DNA of 64,000 nucleotides, from the NCBI GenBank assembly GCA_026914245.1, contig CP110439.1:6448001-6512000 (forward strand). Reading direction: 5' to 3'. Below the pieces are notes generated by a model, which was not told the DNA's origin, did no database searches, and saw only the letters and a program-made list of their open reading frames with translations. Every line of letters begins with the position of its first letter. Position 1 is the first letter of the stretch. Source of the stretch: Puccinia triticina (lineage: Eukaryota). Below, piece after piece: positions 25,380 through 39,125 of this stretch. The translations under genes were made by a program, and so were the position numbers.

Positions 25380-26372
25380 TGTGGTAGACGGAAAAGTGGA
25401 GAAATAAAAAGTTTTTTCTATACCACATAAGTACTCATACTAGGCCTCAAGATGACACCAAATGGACCCCAGAAATGGATTCTACGGCCAATTTCACCCT
25501 TAGTCACCACTGGAAGCATCTCTGAGCCCCCTCCAGCGTGGAAGTTACACCTCATGGACACCTATCACACGGCCAGCCCCAGTAACCCAGCTGTCACCTG
25601 CCTCAACCCAAGTTTCACAGTACATAGTACACTTATACATATCACAGGATACAAACATACATCTCCCTGTCAGGCTACACTCATTACATATTAACTACAT
25701 ACACTCCTTTATATCCATAGTATGACATCATTTACACTGTTTCTGCAGCCTCAGACTTTGTGTATACACTAATTCCCCCTGTATGACAGCTCATGCAGTC
25801 TACTGTCACCTCATGCATGCGTTAGAATTTTCTGTTGTATATTCTGACATCATGTATGCACCCCTGGCATGTTTAGAATGTTCTGTTGTATATTCTGCCA
25901 CCATTCATGCGCCCCTGAGGGGTTATGGCATCATTTGTATCTACTCTCACCAGCTAAAATCCCTCACCCTGTTGTCTAGATTAGCTGAAACCCTAACCCA
26001 CAAGCCCCTTTGGGGTTCCACTTTTGTCTATAAAAGGAGCTCCCTCCACCCCCAGTGGTCTGCTCCCCAGTTTCTCACCCAGAACTCACAAGTCACCCAA
26101 CACTCATCCACACTCAAATCCTAAAACCCTTATAACAATAAACTCAAACCTTATAACAATAATTCAACCCTTATAACAAAGTAATCAAAACACTTACATG
26201 TTGCCAGTCAAACAGATTTCATCTGGAAAAGACCAGACCTATCACTTAATAAAACTTGCCAAGCTGAGCTTGGTGGGTCTTGTTGACTGATAACAGAAGG
26301 GCAGAGCTTGCAACTCCACCATACCCTTCACCATTCAGCAAAAGGGTTTCATTACCACTTTTGAGTCTTTCA
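25380..26372 (+). repeat. 5' LTR
   Basis: Matches 61633-62621 with about 9 substitutions and one 4-bp indel (manual count). TATA-like ctataaaagg at ~26028. Confidence 0.95.
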
Positions 26373-27174
26373 AGGGAGTCCCCAACGTGATTGTGATAAT
26401 CCTGTTTGATCAAACCACGTGTAACAAAATTCAATTCAGCTCAAATTAATCGCCAAGGAATCTAAATCTTACCAGTGACAAAAGGATCAAGCCATCAACA
26501 ACTCTAGTACAGACAGCGGCATATTCATTTATTCCGTTGAAGAACTAGTCAACTTTTGGACTATCTAAGGAACCAATTACGAACCTCTGAAAGGAACACA
26601 TAACTACCTAACCTGAAAGGAGTGTTTCGAAGGAAGCAGCTAATTATATAGCCAATTATATACTGAACAACGGTGTGTAGTACCTAAGGATTCAGATAAT
26701 TAGGATACTGTTTGAAGAACCCTCCCAGCACGGTAAAGTTATTTATATCATATTTAAAAGAAACCCCCCAATTTGCCCTGGTAAAGAGACCAGAGACCAG
26801 ATATTATTGTTTCTTTCCAGAGCACAGTAACCGTTACCTGAGGATTGGAATATTAGAAAACTAGGAATCAACAGAATCAACATGAGTCTACCGTTTAACA
26901 CCTAGAGATGGAAGAGGGATTTGCTCTTGCAACACCGTTTAGAAGCAGAACATTGGCAGGAACTTCAGGAACACTTTAGAATTTGGATGCACAGAATCCC
27001 CCACCGCCCCCAAAGAAGGAGAAAGGGAAGGGACCTAAAAATTTATACAGGGATCAGGAGGAGGAGGACTCAGATGGAGATCAACAAACCCAGGATATTC
27101 CACCCCGGCAGACAACACCTTGACAGAGAGCATCAGGGTATGGGATACACAACACTGAAAACAACAGAGAACCT

Positions 27175-29267
27175 ATGTTTCAGCTACAATTTCAACAAAG
27201 ACAGCCACCAAGACCCCAGGCACCAAGGCGGTTTGATCACCCAACAAAGCCAGTCATTATAAAAGATCCTGAACGCTTCTATGAAGGGAACCAGTTCATG
27301 AAATTCTTAACCCGTTTTGAAAGAATGGCATATGCATACGGAGCCTCCGACCACGACAAAGCGGTGCAGATCCTCCGATTCATTCAAACAGAAGAATTGA
27401 AATGCCAGCTTGAGGATATGGAAGGGTACAACGATTACAACTGGACAAAACTTTGGGCAGAAATGGTCAAAGCCTGGGGAGACCTGGATAACAGTGTCAT
27501 GTATACAGTAGATGACCTGGTCAAAGTAGCAAAAGACCAAGCTAAAAAAGGGATCCCAAATCACCAGGAATACAAAGCATACCTGGCCAAGTTCACTCTG
27601 ATCCTTAAATATTTAGTAAATAACAAACATATCAGCAAGAAGAGTGATGCAGGAATTCTTTTTCTGCAAGCCTTCTCAGCTGAAAGTCAAAGAAGCATTA
27701 AGCGTACCTTAGTCAACAACAACCAACTTCCTCAAGCCAAGGACGGAAGTAACAAAGCTCCTGAATGGGACGACCTAGTAGCCGCAGCAGAGACCGAGGT
27801 CAGGGTTGACAAAGGATATAATACGTTTACCAACTTTTCCAAGGCAAACCGTGCAATGCAGAAAGAGCTAGACACCAAAAAAGGAGATGGAAGGCGCCGA
27901 GATCAGATGCTAAGGGAAACCCCAAATGAGAGGACGGTAGAACAGAAATTCCAAGACATGCAACAGGAATTTTCAGCCCTCAAGCAACAGCTGAAGACTG
28001 AATCCACCTCAAATTATAATCATCAGGCTCCATTAGAAAAACAGGAATACAATAGGGGAAACACCCGACCATCCACCCCGGTGTACAACACTCTGGTCTG
28101 TTATTATTGCAAACGTGAAGGGCACTCCACAGCCAGATGTCCAGAATATCTCAAAGATGAGGAACAAGGGCTAGTCAAGCAAAATGGGAAGGATTGGTTC
28201 CTACCAGACGGTCAGCACATACCTTGGATACCCTCCAGACCAATACGCTCCGTAGTGGCTGGTGCATCAGCAGATCCTAACATGCAAGAATCTATACAAA
28301 GGTTAGCAAAATCCCGACAAGAAGGAAATGGTAATACCCCAACAATGAAAGCCTCAGTACAAACCATCCATTGGAGTCCTCCTACTCTAGGAGCCAAGAA
28401 CTTCATAAAAGCCCATCCTATCACTAGGTCAGAAGCTCAGAAGGGTAGACGAGGGGTCAGGATCCAAGAACCAGAGCGGGAAGCCATGGATATTGATCAG
28501 GAAGAGGAGGAACCGGATAACACTCCAAAGGACACCCCAAAAAGGACATCTGAGAAAGTTTGGAGCCGAGAGCAGGTACCAACAATCCTGAAGAAGGACT
28601 CACCTGAGGAAGCACTACTACAGGATTTGGATAATGTGAAAATCCCTACCACCTTTGCACAGCTAACAACAATATCCCTCTTGTATGCAGAGAAAATCAT
28701 AGCCAGGTTGCAGGAACGCCTTCCCGGAAAAAGCACTTCTACAACTTATATCAAGACAGAGGCAACTAACATATCAGCACCAATGTCCATACCTGCGGAA
28801 GAAGAAGATCTCTCAGATTGTGCCCTGGGATATGTAACTGCAGAAGTTGGGGGAGAAAAAGTAGACTTCATGGTGGATTCAGGATCCATGGTCAATGTCA
28901 TTCCTTGATTGGTAGCGGAAGATTTAGCGCTGGAGTCAGTAATAGTGAACATACCAATGCAAGGTGTGGGTGGAGCCAGATGCGACATCACAGGAGTAGT
29001 GGAAAACTGTTCAATACAAATTGGCTGATTCTCCGGGCCAGTGCATCTTTTCATATCACCAAAGGCTCAAGATTGCATTCTAGGACGACCTTTCCTCTTT
29101 GGCCATGGATGTACCTTGGAATACCATGAAACAGGAGAAACACTCACTTTCCAGGGAAGCAAAGGAAGACAAATTTCAGTACCATTGGCACAAACTGGGC
29201 AAGGAAAAGGCCGGGATAATTGGAAGAACCTTAGCACAAATGTCATCAGGCCTGTTCCTCCCACCTG
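27175..29267 (+). pseudogene. gag: Gag (CCHC knuckle) plus aspartic protease, with in-frame stops
   Basis: CYYCKREGHSTARC, FMVDSGSMVNVIP*, CILGRPFL. Confidence 0.9.
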
Positions 29268-32000
29268 TGTCAGCAAAATTCTTTGGTTTGAAACCAAAGA
29301 AAAATACGGCAGGATCCTCGGTTTGGAACCGAAGGCAATGCAGAGCTGAATGAGCCCATCTCAAATGCAGCTCACCCAGCTCAATTTTGCAGTGGTAATT
29401 TTTGTGCACTGCCACACATAGATCCAGCTCACACAGCTCCCCTGGCAGATAAAAATCCAGCTCAGGCAGCTCTCCCTGGCCTGGTTGAATACAGCTCAGG
29501 CAGCTCCCCATTGCAGGGTAGAATACAGCTCATGCAGCTCCCCTGTGAATATACAGCTCAGGCAGCTCCCCCTGGCAGTGATAAATCCAGCTCATGCAGC
29601 TCCCCCGGCCAGAAAAACAGCTCAGGCAGCTCCCCATTGCAGGGTGAAATACAGCTCACGCAGCTCCCCCATGAATATACAGCTCACACAGCTCCCCCTG
29701 GCAGAAAAATCCAGCTCACCCAGCTCCCCCTGGCAGGGAAAAATTCAGCTCACCCAGCTCCCCTGTGAATATACAGCTCAAGCAGCTCCCCCTGGCAGTG
29801 AAAAAGCCAGCTCACGCAGCTCCTAGGTCATCAAAACCCAGCTCAGGCAGCTCCCCTTTGCAGGGTACAATACAGATCACGCAGCTCCACCGTGAATATA
29901 CAGCTCACACAGCTCCACCTGGCAGGCAATATCCAGCTCACCCAGCTCCCCCCCGCAGGGAAAAATCCAGCTCACCCAGCTCCCCTGTGAATATACAGCT
30001 CAAGCAGCTCCCCCCTGGCAGTGAAAAAACCAGCTCATGCAGCTCCTAGGGAACCAAAATCCAGCTCAGGCAGCTCCCCATGGCAGGGTAGAATTCAGCT
30101 CATGCAGCTCACCCTTGAATATAAAGCTCATGCAGCTCCACCTGGCAGGCAATATCCAGCTCACACAACTCTCCCTGGTAGGTATGGTAGAATACAGCTC
30201 ACCCAGCGCCCCTGTGAATATACAGCTCATGCAGCTCCCCCTGGCAGTTTAAGAATCAGCTCCCGCAGCTCCCCCTGGCAGGGAAAAATCCAGCTCCTGC
30301 AGCTCCCCATTCACCTCACCCAGTTCCCCTTTTTAAATCCAGCCCACGCAGCTCCCCCTGGCAGGGAAAAATCCAGCTCACACAGCCCCCCTCCAAGTTG
30401 AGACTCCCCCTGGCATGCAAAAGTCCAGCTCACGCAGCTCCCCCTGTGAGATGAACGTACAGCTCAGGCAGCTCCCCCTGGCAGGGTAGAATACAGCTCA
30501 CGCAGCCCCCCTTGCAGTAGAAAATCCAGCTCATTCAGCTCCCCCTGGCAGGGACAAATCCAGCTCATGCAGCTCCTCCTGTCAGACAAGAATACAGCTC
30601 AGGCAGCTCCCCCTAGCAGGCAAAATTCCAGCTCACACAGCTCCCCTGGGAAAATAAAGAGCTGATCAACCTGACCAGGCAGGTCCCCCTGGCAGGGTAG
30701 AATACAGCTCACGTCACTCTGCTTTGAATATACAGCTCATGCAGCTCCCCCTGGAAAGTTAAATTTCAGCTCTGCTTTGAATATACAGCTCATGCAGCTC
30801 CCCCTGGAAAGTTAAATTTTAGCTCACACAGCTCTACCTGGCAGGGAAAAATCCAGCTCAAACAGCTCCCCTTTGAATATAAAGCTCAAGCAGCTCCCCC
30901 TGGCAGGGAAAAATCCAGCTCACAAAGCCCCCCCCCCTGCAGTCAGGTCATGTAGCTCCCCTGGGAAAATCCAGCTCACACAGCCCCCCCTGGCAGAAGA
31001 AAATCCAGCTCTTGGAGCTCCCCCTGGCAGCAAAGATTTCCAGCTCAAGCAGCTAGTGTTTGGGAAAATAGAGCTGACACAGCCCCCCTGTCAAAATCAA
31101 GCTCAAGGAGCTCACCCTGGCAGATGGCCACCCTAGCAGATGGAAATCAAGCTCACACAGCTCCCCTAGCAGATGAAAAACCTGCCCACACAGCTTGCCC
31201 TTGAAAAACCAGATCTTGGAGCTCACCCTGGCAGATAGAAACGCAGCTCACCCAGCTCCCCTGTTAAAATACAGCTCACGCAGCTGCCCTTCCAGATTGT
31301 GATCCAGCTCACACAGCTCAACCTGGTAATCCACAATAACAGGTTGAGCTGCTCCCTGGTCAATATACAGCTCACCCAGCTCCCCCTGGCAGATGCAAAT
31401 CCAGCTGACCAAGCTCCCTTGGCAGATAATAAATCCAGCTCACGCAGCTCAAGATGCAGATAAAAATTCAGCGCAGGCAGCTCTTCCACCAGATTAAAAT
31501 CCAGCTGACCCAGCTCCTGAAGCAGATAAAAATCCAGTCCCCCTCAGCTCCTTGGGAAGATAAAAGTCTGGCATTTGCAGCCCCCTCTGGCAGGTGGAAG
31601 TCCATCTGGAACAGCAAATCCTGCTTGTACAGCTCCTGTAGCAGATAAAAATGCAGCTCACCCAGCTACTCCTTGCAGGTTAAATACAGCTCCCACAGAT
31701 CCCCTGGCAGCAACACTGAAACAAATACAATACATGGAGTGTATGTGGTAAACGTTTTTCATTGAAGATGGAGACCTACATGTCCTATTTTTTGTTTTCA
31801 GCCATCATATATTTCAGCATTGCTGGCAGCTGAACATTCAACTCATGCAGCTCAATCTGACAAGTAAAACTCCAACTCAGGCAGCTACCCCTGGCAGGTA
31901 AAATTTCAGCTCACACAGCTCTCCCTGGCAGGTCAAAGTACCACTCAAACAGCTCACTCTGGCAGCTCAAAATACAGCCTATGCAGCTCTGCTGGCAGGT
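29268..32000 (+). repeat. Left TIR plus subterminal array of ~20-40-bp CAGCTCAnnCAGCTCCCCCTGGCAG units
   Basis: Dozens of units, degrading inward. Confidence 0.92.
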
Positions 32001-33057
32001 AAACCCATGTTACCAGCACTTCTCAGCTCTACATCCTGTAGCAGGATATAAAACAGATACAGAACAAATTATCATGCAAAGCAATCAGTGGCTATGTAAT
32101 AATTTTCTCAGAAGAAAAGTGTAGCTACCTAGTGCTGTCACAACCAAAAATAAATCCCAGTGGCATATGCTTATGTTCATCTTGATCTTTTTTCTATCCA
32201 ATGAACACCATATTCCTTCCTTTATGTTCATTGAGTGCAAACATGCTTTTTCTGCTGCATTTATCAAATTACAGATCAAAATTCAAAGCCATGCAAAGGG
32301 GATCAGAACTTTTCCTGCAAATTTTGATTTTACAAGAAATTTTAAATTGGAATTGACAATGAGGCAATTCACGCATATTATGGGTGGGTGAAGGGGTGGA
32401 TTTGTTTCCAAGTGAACCTGTTATGTCATTAAATTTAGCTGCTGGCAGACACAATTTCACACTTTCACTGTACATGCTATCAGGAAAAATAAATCACATT
32501 TCCACCAATGATTGGGATAAGTACCACATGCTGATGATTGATGGTTGCTAACCCACAAAGTGTTAATTAATGATAGAAAATTTGTGGTAGCCTTCAGCAA
32601 TGGTAATATCACAATACTTGCAGGCAGCTATCATGGGGCACACATGGTGCACAACCACCATTTTGTAGCAATTTTGTGCTTATTTTTCACTAAAGTAGTG
32701 CACTATATTTACAAAGAAAGTCCACCAAGACATGCAGCTACATCCCAGAGGTTTTGGGCATATGAACTAGTGCAGCAGAGTGCACCCACAGCCAGCTGTG
32801 CTAATGGCAGAGCTGCACTTTTGGCAGGGGCAGCGCTTCACCCTTGCTTTATTTTATGTAAGTTTGTCCAGGTTCCCAGCCCAGGGCCCCGCTCCAAAAA
32901 CCAAAAACACCCAGAGTCCAGCTCCGAAAACCAACAGCACCCAGAGTCCAGCTCGGAAATCCAAAGACACCCAAGTCCATCTCCAAACACCCAAAAGCTC
33001 ATCCAGATCTGTCTCTACCCCAGTTTACCCATCTTAAACTCCAGTTGCACCAACGAA

Positions 33058-35711
33058 ATGGCTTCAACCCGTTCATCCAGAGTTCCACCCCCCCGCCGAT
33101 CGAAAAAGCCCAGTTCCATCCGCGCCCCGGCTACGAACACCAGATCCAGACAAACTTCAAATGCCAGATCTGGAAAGAAACCTTCAAAGAACCAATCCAC
33201 CCGCAATAATGACGAAGAAATCGAAGAAGGCAGCAATGGAAATTCCAACCAAAGCCAAAATGGGGACGGTCAAGCAGGGAGAAACACCGAAGTTAACATC
33301 AATCTGGAAAACTTTGCGGACGAATTGCCCAACTGGTCAATACATCAACTCCGACAAACCCTTCACAAGAAAAGTGAAACCAATTCAAATAGGGTTCCAC
33401 CCAATGTTCAAGACGCACTCACTCTGCTCCAGCAGAACTACACAAAAAGCAAACTTATGCTGGCTCTGATTGGCGATGTTAGTGAAGAAACTGTCAACAA
33501 AGCACTGTAAGCTTGTCATATTTTTTCATGAATTATTTTTTGGTTTAGAAGGCTGAAAATGTTTCTTGTCCCAGCGGTGAAAATAAACCCAAACGCCAAA
33601 AGAGTGGCTGGAATCGATTTCTTTCTTTCAGCCTTGAGAGTGCTAATACCCCAGGTGAGTTGAAATATTCTGTGGGGAATGCAACTGCTAGGTAAATACT
33701 AACACACTCCCTCAAGTCCCGCCACCTGGTTGCTCGTTTGGGTGGGAGGTAGAGAATGTCAAAACGGACCCGGGTACCGGTTGCACCGCCGGTACCCGCG
33801 CGTTTTTTGAGAAAAACGGGCACCCGGCACCGCATCCGGCACCGCCAGGCGGGTACCAGCGGTCTTTTAGGCGGGTACCACGGGTACCAGCTGGTTTTTT
33901 TTTGTCAAAACTCACTCCCAAGCCCCAAAGGGAGGGCGTGAAGACTCACTACCCTCTTGATGGCCGGCAGAGACCGGTCATTGAGAGGAGTGCACCCCCT
34001 CGATGACATTAAGGGGGGGGGGGGGGGGGGGGGGGGAACACTCCCCTTTATGGCATTGCGAGGAAGATATAATCCCCTCCATGCCATCGAGGGATTTAGA
34101 AGGATTCTACTTTCTAGATATTCCCCTCGGCTCCCCTCGGTCATTGAGGGGATGGTGCACTCCCCTCGATGGAATCGAGTGGGGTATGTCCTCTCGATGA
34201 CATTGAGGGGAATACACAACCCCCCTCGGTGTCATCAAGAGGACGCAATCCCCTTGTCATCGAGGGGACACACTCCCCTCGATGGAGGGGAGTGTGTCCT
34301 CTCAATGACATCGAGGGGGGGGGTGCTCCTCTCGATGACATCGAGGGGAGTACACACCTTGATCCCATCAAGGGGAGTTTGTACTCCCCTCGATGGCACC
34401 AATGGGAGTCCATCCCCCTCTGGATGCCATCAAAGGAATGGTTAACTCCTCTCGATGGCGTCGAGAAGAGGACACGCTCCCCTGCCGGCCATTGAGAGGA
34501 GTAATTGATCCCCTCGATGGCCGGCCAAAGGTGGCCGCGTGCCGGAGTACCCGGCTCCCCGGCCGGGGATGAACGGTACTTGGGGGCGGTACCCGGGTAC
34601 CGCACCGCTTTTTGCTAAAAAACGGGCACCCGGCACCGCATCCGGCACCGCTGGGCGGGTGCGGGGCGGGTGTGGGCGGTACCCGCCAGGCGGTGCCGGG
34701 TACCTAGCAACGGGTACCTTTTTACATTCTCTAGTGGGAGGAAAGGAATGTTCACCTGGGAGAAGCATGGGCATCCCTTTCAGAGGCGGAGAAAGCAGTA
34801 TTCAATCCACGAATTTTCCAGTTCTTCTCCGATATCCCCAGTGTATACTTTGATGAAGACGATTCTGAAGAAGATGAATTAGAGCTCACTTCCGAGGAAA
34901 AAGAGCTTTATGAACCACTTTACCAACGTCTGGTTAACCATTGTAAGGTCAAACTTGCGGTTGATACAGGACTCAAGTCAAATAGCAGTGAGGCTTTAAA
35001 ACAAGCGCATAACAAATTGCAACAGATTAATCGTGAAGTAGGTCACTTCTTCATCTTTGGGAACATTTTTGAAGAAGGTATTGGTTGTTTTGTATTTACC
35101 AGCACTAACGTTACCCCCTCCACAATAGCTTTACACCTTTTCAACCCTTTACAACACCACCTACTACCTCCTTGCAGCAACACGATCTGCTGGAGAGAAA
35201 AGCTTCTGCCGAGAGTGGTCAAACAATGTGGCTTGGCTAACCCTTGCAAAGGACAAATGGAAGGCTAAGGAGAATTTCGAGGCATATAGCCATGGATGTG
35301 AAATACAAGAATCCATAGAACAATCGCTTGGGGTGGAGGTTGTAAAGAAGAAAAAAGATTCTGATTTGCTCAAAACTGATCTGAGAGCAGCTCTTAACAA
35401 CTTGCTTGGTAAGATTGGAATTGATGAAATGTAATGCAGTATATAAGTTGTGCTAATAGTCACATGATATTCTCCCAGCAACGGCTCGCAAAGTTCCATC
35501 CTGCAATTTTCCCAAAATTGAGGATCCTGCCACGGCCTTGTTGAAGATAAACCCACGCTTGAAGATCATTCAGTCTGAAGGATCCCAACTCAGCAAAGAC
35601 GCCCTATTTAAAGGATTCACTAAGATGTTATTTGATGAGAGAAAACTTTGGCTAGCTGACATCCAAAGCGGAGCTTTTCAAATTGTAATTACTGATCCAA
35701 TAGTACCATAA
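33058..35711 (+). pseudogene. Transposon cargo gene with an HMG-box-like region; multi-exon, disrupted by a hAT MITE
   Basis: MASTRSSR... start. After splicing and MITE removal: KPKRQKSGWNRFLSF...GWEERNVHLGEAWASLSEAEKAVF, resembling HMG helices 1 and 3. Confidence 0.7.
33750..34733. mobile_element. Non-autonomous hAT-like MITE with 8-bp TSD
   Basis: TIRs tagagaatgt and acattctcta. GTGGGAGG duplicated. Internal cctcgatg/catcgagg repeats. Confidence 0.92.
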
Positions 35712-35779
35712 ATTTTTTAAATAACCCAAGCTCTTGATTAGAAACCACTGGATTAGAAAGAAAAATGTGCCATCTCACC

Positions 35780-36085
35780 GCTAGGGCTGCGCAGCTAATT
35801 TAGCCGTTAGTGTACTGTTACTGTTCGCGCAGATGCGAGCAATTGCACTTAAGCTACACACAGAGGGCGCCAATGAGCGCGCGCTACGCTGCGCTACAGC
35901 GCTTTTAGCAGAGAAAAAGGCGTTTCTCCCCTTAAAGCCCTGTAGCGCAGCGTAGCGTAGCTCAGCAATAGCAGTGGCGGGCTAACAAAGAATTGGCGCC
36001 TGTTAGTGCCGCTGAAAATTGGTGCAGCGTAGGCGCTAACGGCGCGCTAACTGCTATTCAAAATTGGTGGGCGCTAAATGGCGCC
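35780..36085. mobile_element. Degenerate copy of the 1-390 MITE
   Basis: gcgcagctaattt...gagcgcgcgctacg...gctgaaaatt shared with 1-390. Confidence 0.7.
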
Positions 36086-36249
36086 AGTCATAGCAAAAAC
36101 ACGAACTTCTCCACACTTGTCATCAATGTGTTTAAATTTCATTTTCAACACATTAAAGAAAAGGAAATATGTGAAATAGATGTGAATTTACGAACAAGAT
36201 AAGATGAAGTAATCGAAGGAAAAGATTGTTGACAAGTTTAACTGTTTAA

Positions 36250-38250
36250 TTACTTTTGGCATTTTTTGTTGGATATGGTGTTGCTATTGTTGTTTCGGAC
36301 TCTTTTTCTAGAAGTTAATTTTTGATGAAGATAAACGTCTTGGATGGACTGGAAGTTATACTTTGGATAAATTGGAAGCCAATATTTTCGGTTGCTGAAA
36401 ACCTACCAACACAGCCACCCAATTCAATAATTTTATTTATTTATAGGATATGGTCTGCTTACCTGGTTTCCTCCATCATAAGCTGAACACTTGGCAACTG
36501 CTGCAAAAGAGCTTGCCCTGCTCCAAAACGCCACGGAGTATCTTCTAGGTGGGTCTTTGAGATCTTCTGGAAAAGTGAACTTTGCAACCCCGTGCAGGAC
36601 AATACGGAGGGGACCATGGAACGAATAACCGTGGAGGCCTGGATATGCAACACCTAAAGAGGGAAGTAGGAATTCTCCGCCAAGATGGTTACCAAAGAAA
36701 CAGCTGGAATCAAATAGCAAGGCATTTTTCTTGTCGCGATGGGTTTGGACTTGAGTGTTGACACTGATGGTTTGAGCTGAAATTAAACAGTAGGTGATCA
36801 ATATCAAATAATAAATGAGCATTATATGAAAGCATGACTGACACGCAAGTATCGGGTTGCATTCTTTGGACAAAGTCTCAACAAGATAATCAGAATCGGA
36901 TCCCATGAGATACTTAACTGCACCTTCAGCAACGTCTGTCAAACGCGGCAAAAACGCTTTGTTGATCCACAAAGACAACTTTGAATAAAAAGTGATCTCA
37001 TTTCGGAATTTGGCCATGGCCTGGGTGTCAATAGCATTTTGGCTCTCGCGCAGTGGATTCGGAAGTGTGGGGAGAAAACGCTTTTCCTTCCAAGAATTAC
37101 CATAACCTTGTAGCTTAGCAGTATTTATACGGTTCTTGCTGAACTGGATTTTAAGATCGTGCATCCCTTTAGATTTGGCCTAGAAAAAGCAATTCTTAGT
37201 GAGTACCCAAGGGGATATAGTTCGGAATAACTCTTACATCACCAAGCCCATATCCATAAGCTTGAAACAACATGGACTGCTTTTTGTTGGCCTCGGATGA
37301 CGATCGCACTTCCCCCTTATTTTTTGGGCCGAGTGGAAAAGGGCTTGCAGGTGGTTGCACAGGGGCGGAAAGATAGGCAACTTTGTTGTCCGCAGTATCC
37401 CAGGAATTGGTCGAAACAATGCTGTTGAGGATTTTACAGGCACGCTCCTAGAAAAAGACATGGGGTTTGGTTAGAAATTATTGCAGCAAGATATGTACAA
37501 GGAGAGAGAAACTCACGTCTGGTTCCATGTGGAGCTTGCCAGGGACCTTTGCAAAAGGTGGAACACCCACACCAACACATATCCCAGCCTCATCCAGTAA
37601 CACCACCATCTTGTCTTTTGGAAGGACTCGACACTTATCCTGCATGGAGATTGAGTTTTCAAGTACCTTGGAATATGTTGGATACCTCAGGCAAAACGGT
37701 TCCTTGGTGCACAAGCCCCGATCAAAACTTTGGATGGTGTTGTGTACCAATTTGGCCGCTTCAAGCAGTTGACTTTGAAAGGTGTTCTGAGGGGGTGCAC
37801 CAGTGCTTGCTTGTTTCGGCAACTTGGAGCTGCATGGGAGTTCCACCGGTTGAAATTGTTCCAGCAACATGGAGACAATGTAATGTGGCGCCTTGAGCCC
37901 ATTTCTTGCATCAAGAAAACCGCATGTAAGTCAAAGTCAACCACCTCAGTATGGCATTGCGCATGTTGGCTGCTTAGTTTCTTGCATAATTGTCGAACAA
38001 GAGCCACATCATTGTGGAATTCAATCCCCTTGAGATTGTGGACGTCAGGTATAGTTTCAACCATGCCTGCAGCAGGAATCATAATACAATCAGCTAACGG
38101 CACATGCAACTCTTAGCCACTCCAAACAAACTAAGCTTGCAAATGCAGGAGCCAATGGGCCCGGACGTTCACGCCACGTTTCCATTGGCCCCACAATATG
38201 GCAGTTGGCGGGCATTCACGCCACGCTTCCCACCATCCAGTAACATTCTC
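36250..38250 (-). pseudogene. TET/JBP-family 2OG-Fe(II) dioxygenase; multi-exon, probable frameshift near 37898, start codon uncertain
   Basis: ISVNTQVQTHRDKKN (HxD), GGEFLLPSLG, VLHGV (distal His), RRYSVAFWSR (2OG-binding Arg). Last exon ends at TAA 36250-36252. Confidence 0.85.
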
Positions 38251-38599
38251 AAAGCCGATAAAACAGGGATGGCTAAAGAGCTTTCAAAGAGTGAAGTGTG
38301 ATAAAGGGGACTGACCAAGTTGAATTTTGAGGACCAGGGATAAGGTTTCCGGGCGATTGGGAGGGGATCTGTGTTTCAGGAGGCAGGGAAGTGAAGGAGC
38401 TCCTTAGTGGGTGCTGATTGATAAGGTGGAGTGAAAGCTCACCAGCAGTTGGTCGGTTTTGACGTTTGCCTGTGTTGGCTTACAAAGAATGGGCCCGTTT
38501 GAGGGTCCTGAGATGCAGTTGCAAGGTGTCAGCAAGGGGGTGGCCACGCAAATAGATGGCACACAAGTGAGAGGTTTCCCTGCACTTGCCGAAATGCTG

Positions 38600-39125
38600 A
38601 GGAGTCAAGCGGAAGAGGGTGGCCAAAGAACAGATCCGGAGGGTAGCAGACGTTTCAAGAAAGCGGCCGTGGTTTTTGGAACAGGTCAGACCGTCAGAGT
38701 TTCGCCAATGGGCCGGTCTAGGTGCTTTCCCAAACACAAAATGCTAAGGCTTCGAGCGGAAGGAGTGGCCAAGGAACGGATCTGGAGGGCAGCGGTTATT
38801 CCGAGTAAGCGGGTGTCGTTGTAGTTCGGAGTGTCCCTGATGGGCCTAGTTGCTTGGTCAAGCTGTGTTGACGGTCAAAACCTGCGTGGCTGAGGGCTGA
38901 GGCTTCGAGCGGAAGGAGAGGCCAAAGAACGGATCTGGAGGGCAGCGGTCGTTCCGAGTAAGCGGGCGTCGTTTTTCCAAAGAGTTCAGTGTCCCTGATG
39001 GGCCTAGGTGCTTTCCCAAACGACGAGGAGAGCCGCGGAGGGTGGCCGGAGATTTCTGGAATTGGACGGCGGGGAGTCTCGGGCAAGCGGCGTTGACGGT
39101 CAAAACCTGCGTGGCTGAGGGGGCG
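38600..39125. repeat. Three diverged ~150-bp GC-rich direct repeats
   Basis: gcggaagg..ggccaaagaacggatctggagggcagcgg recurs at ~38610, 38755 and 38908. Confidence 0.7.

Noticed and set aside
29400..32000. CRISPR-like appearance and many ORFs in the CAGCTC arrays (also 51345-53700)
   Set aside because: Units are degenerate with no unique spacers and no cas genes, in a eukaryotic context. The ORFs are artefacts of the repeat.
32545..33057. 5' part of the 321-aa ORF
   Set aside because: Non-ATG start and repeat-containing. The cargo gene more plausibly starts at ATG 33058.
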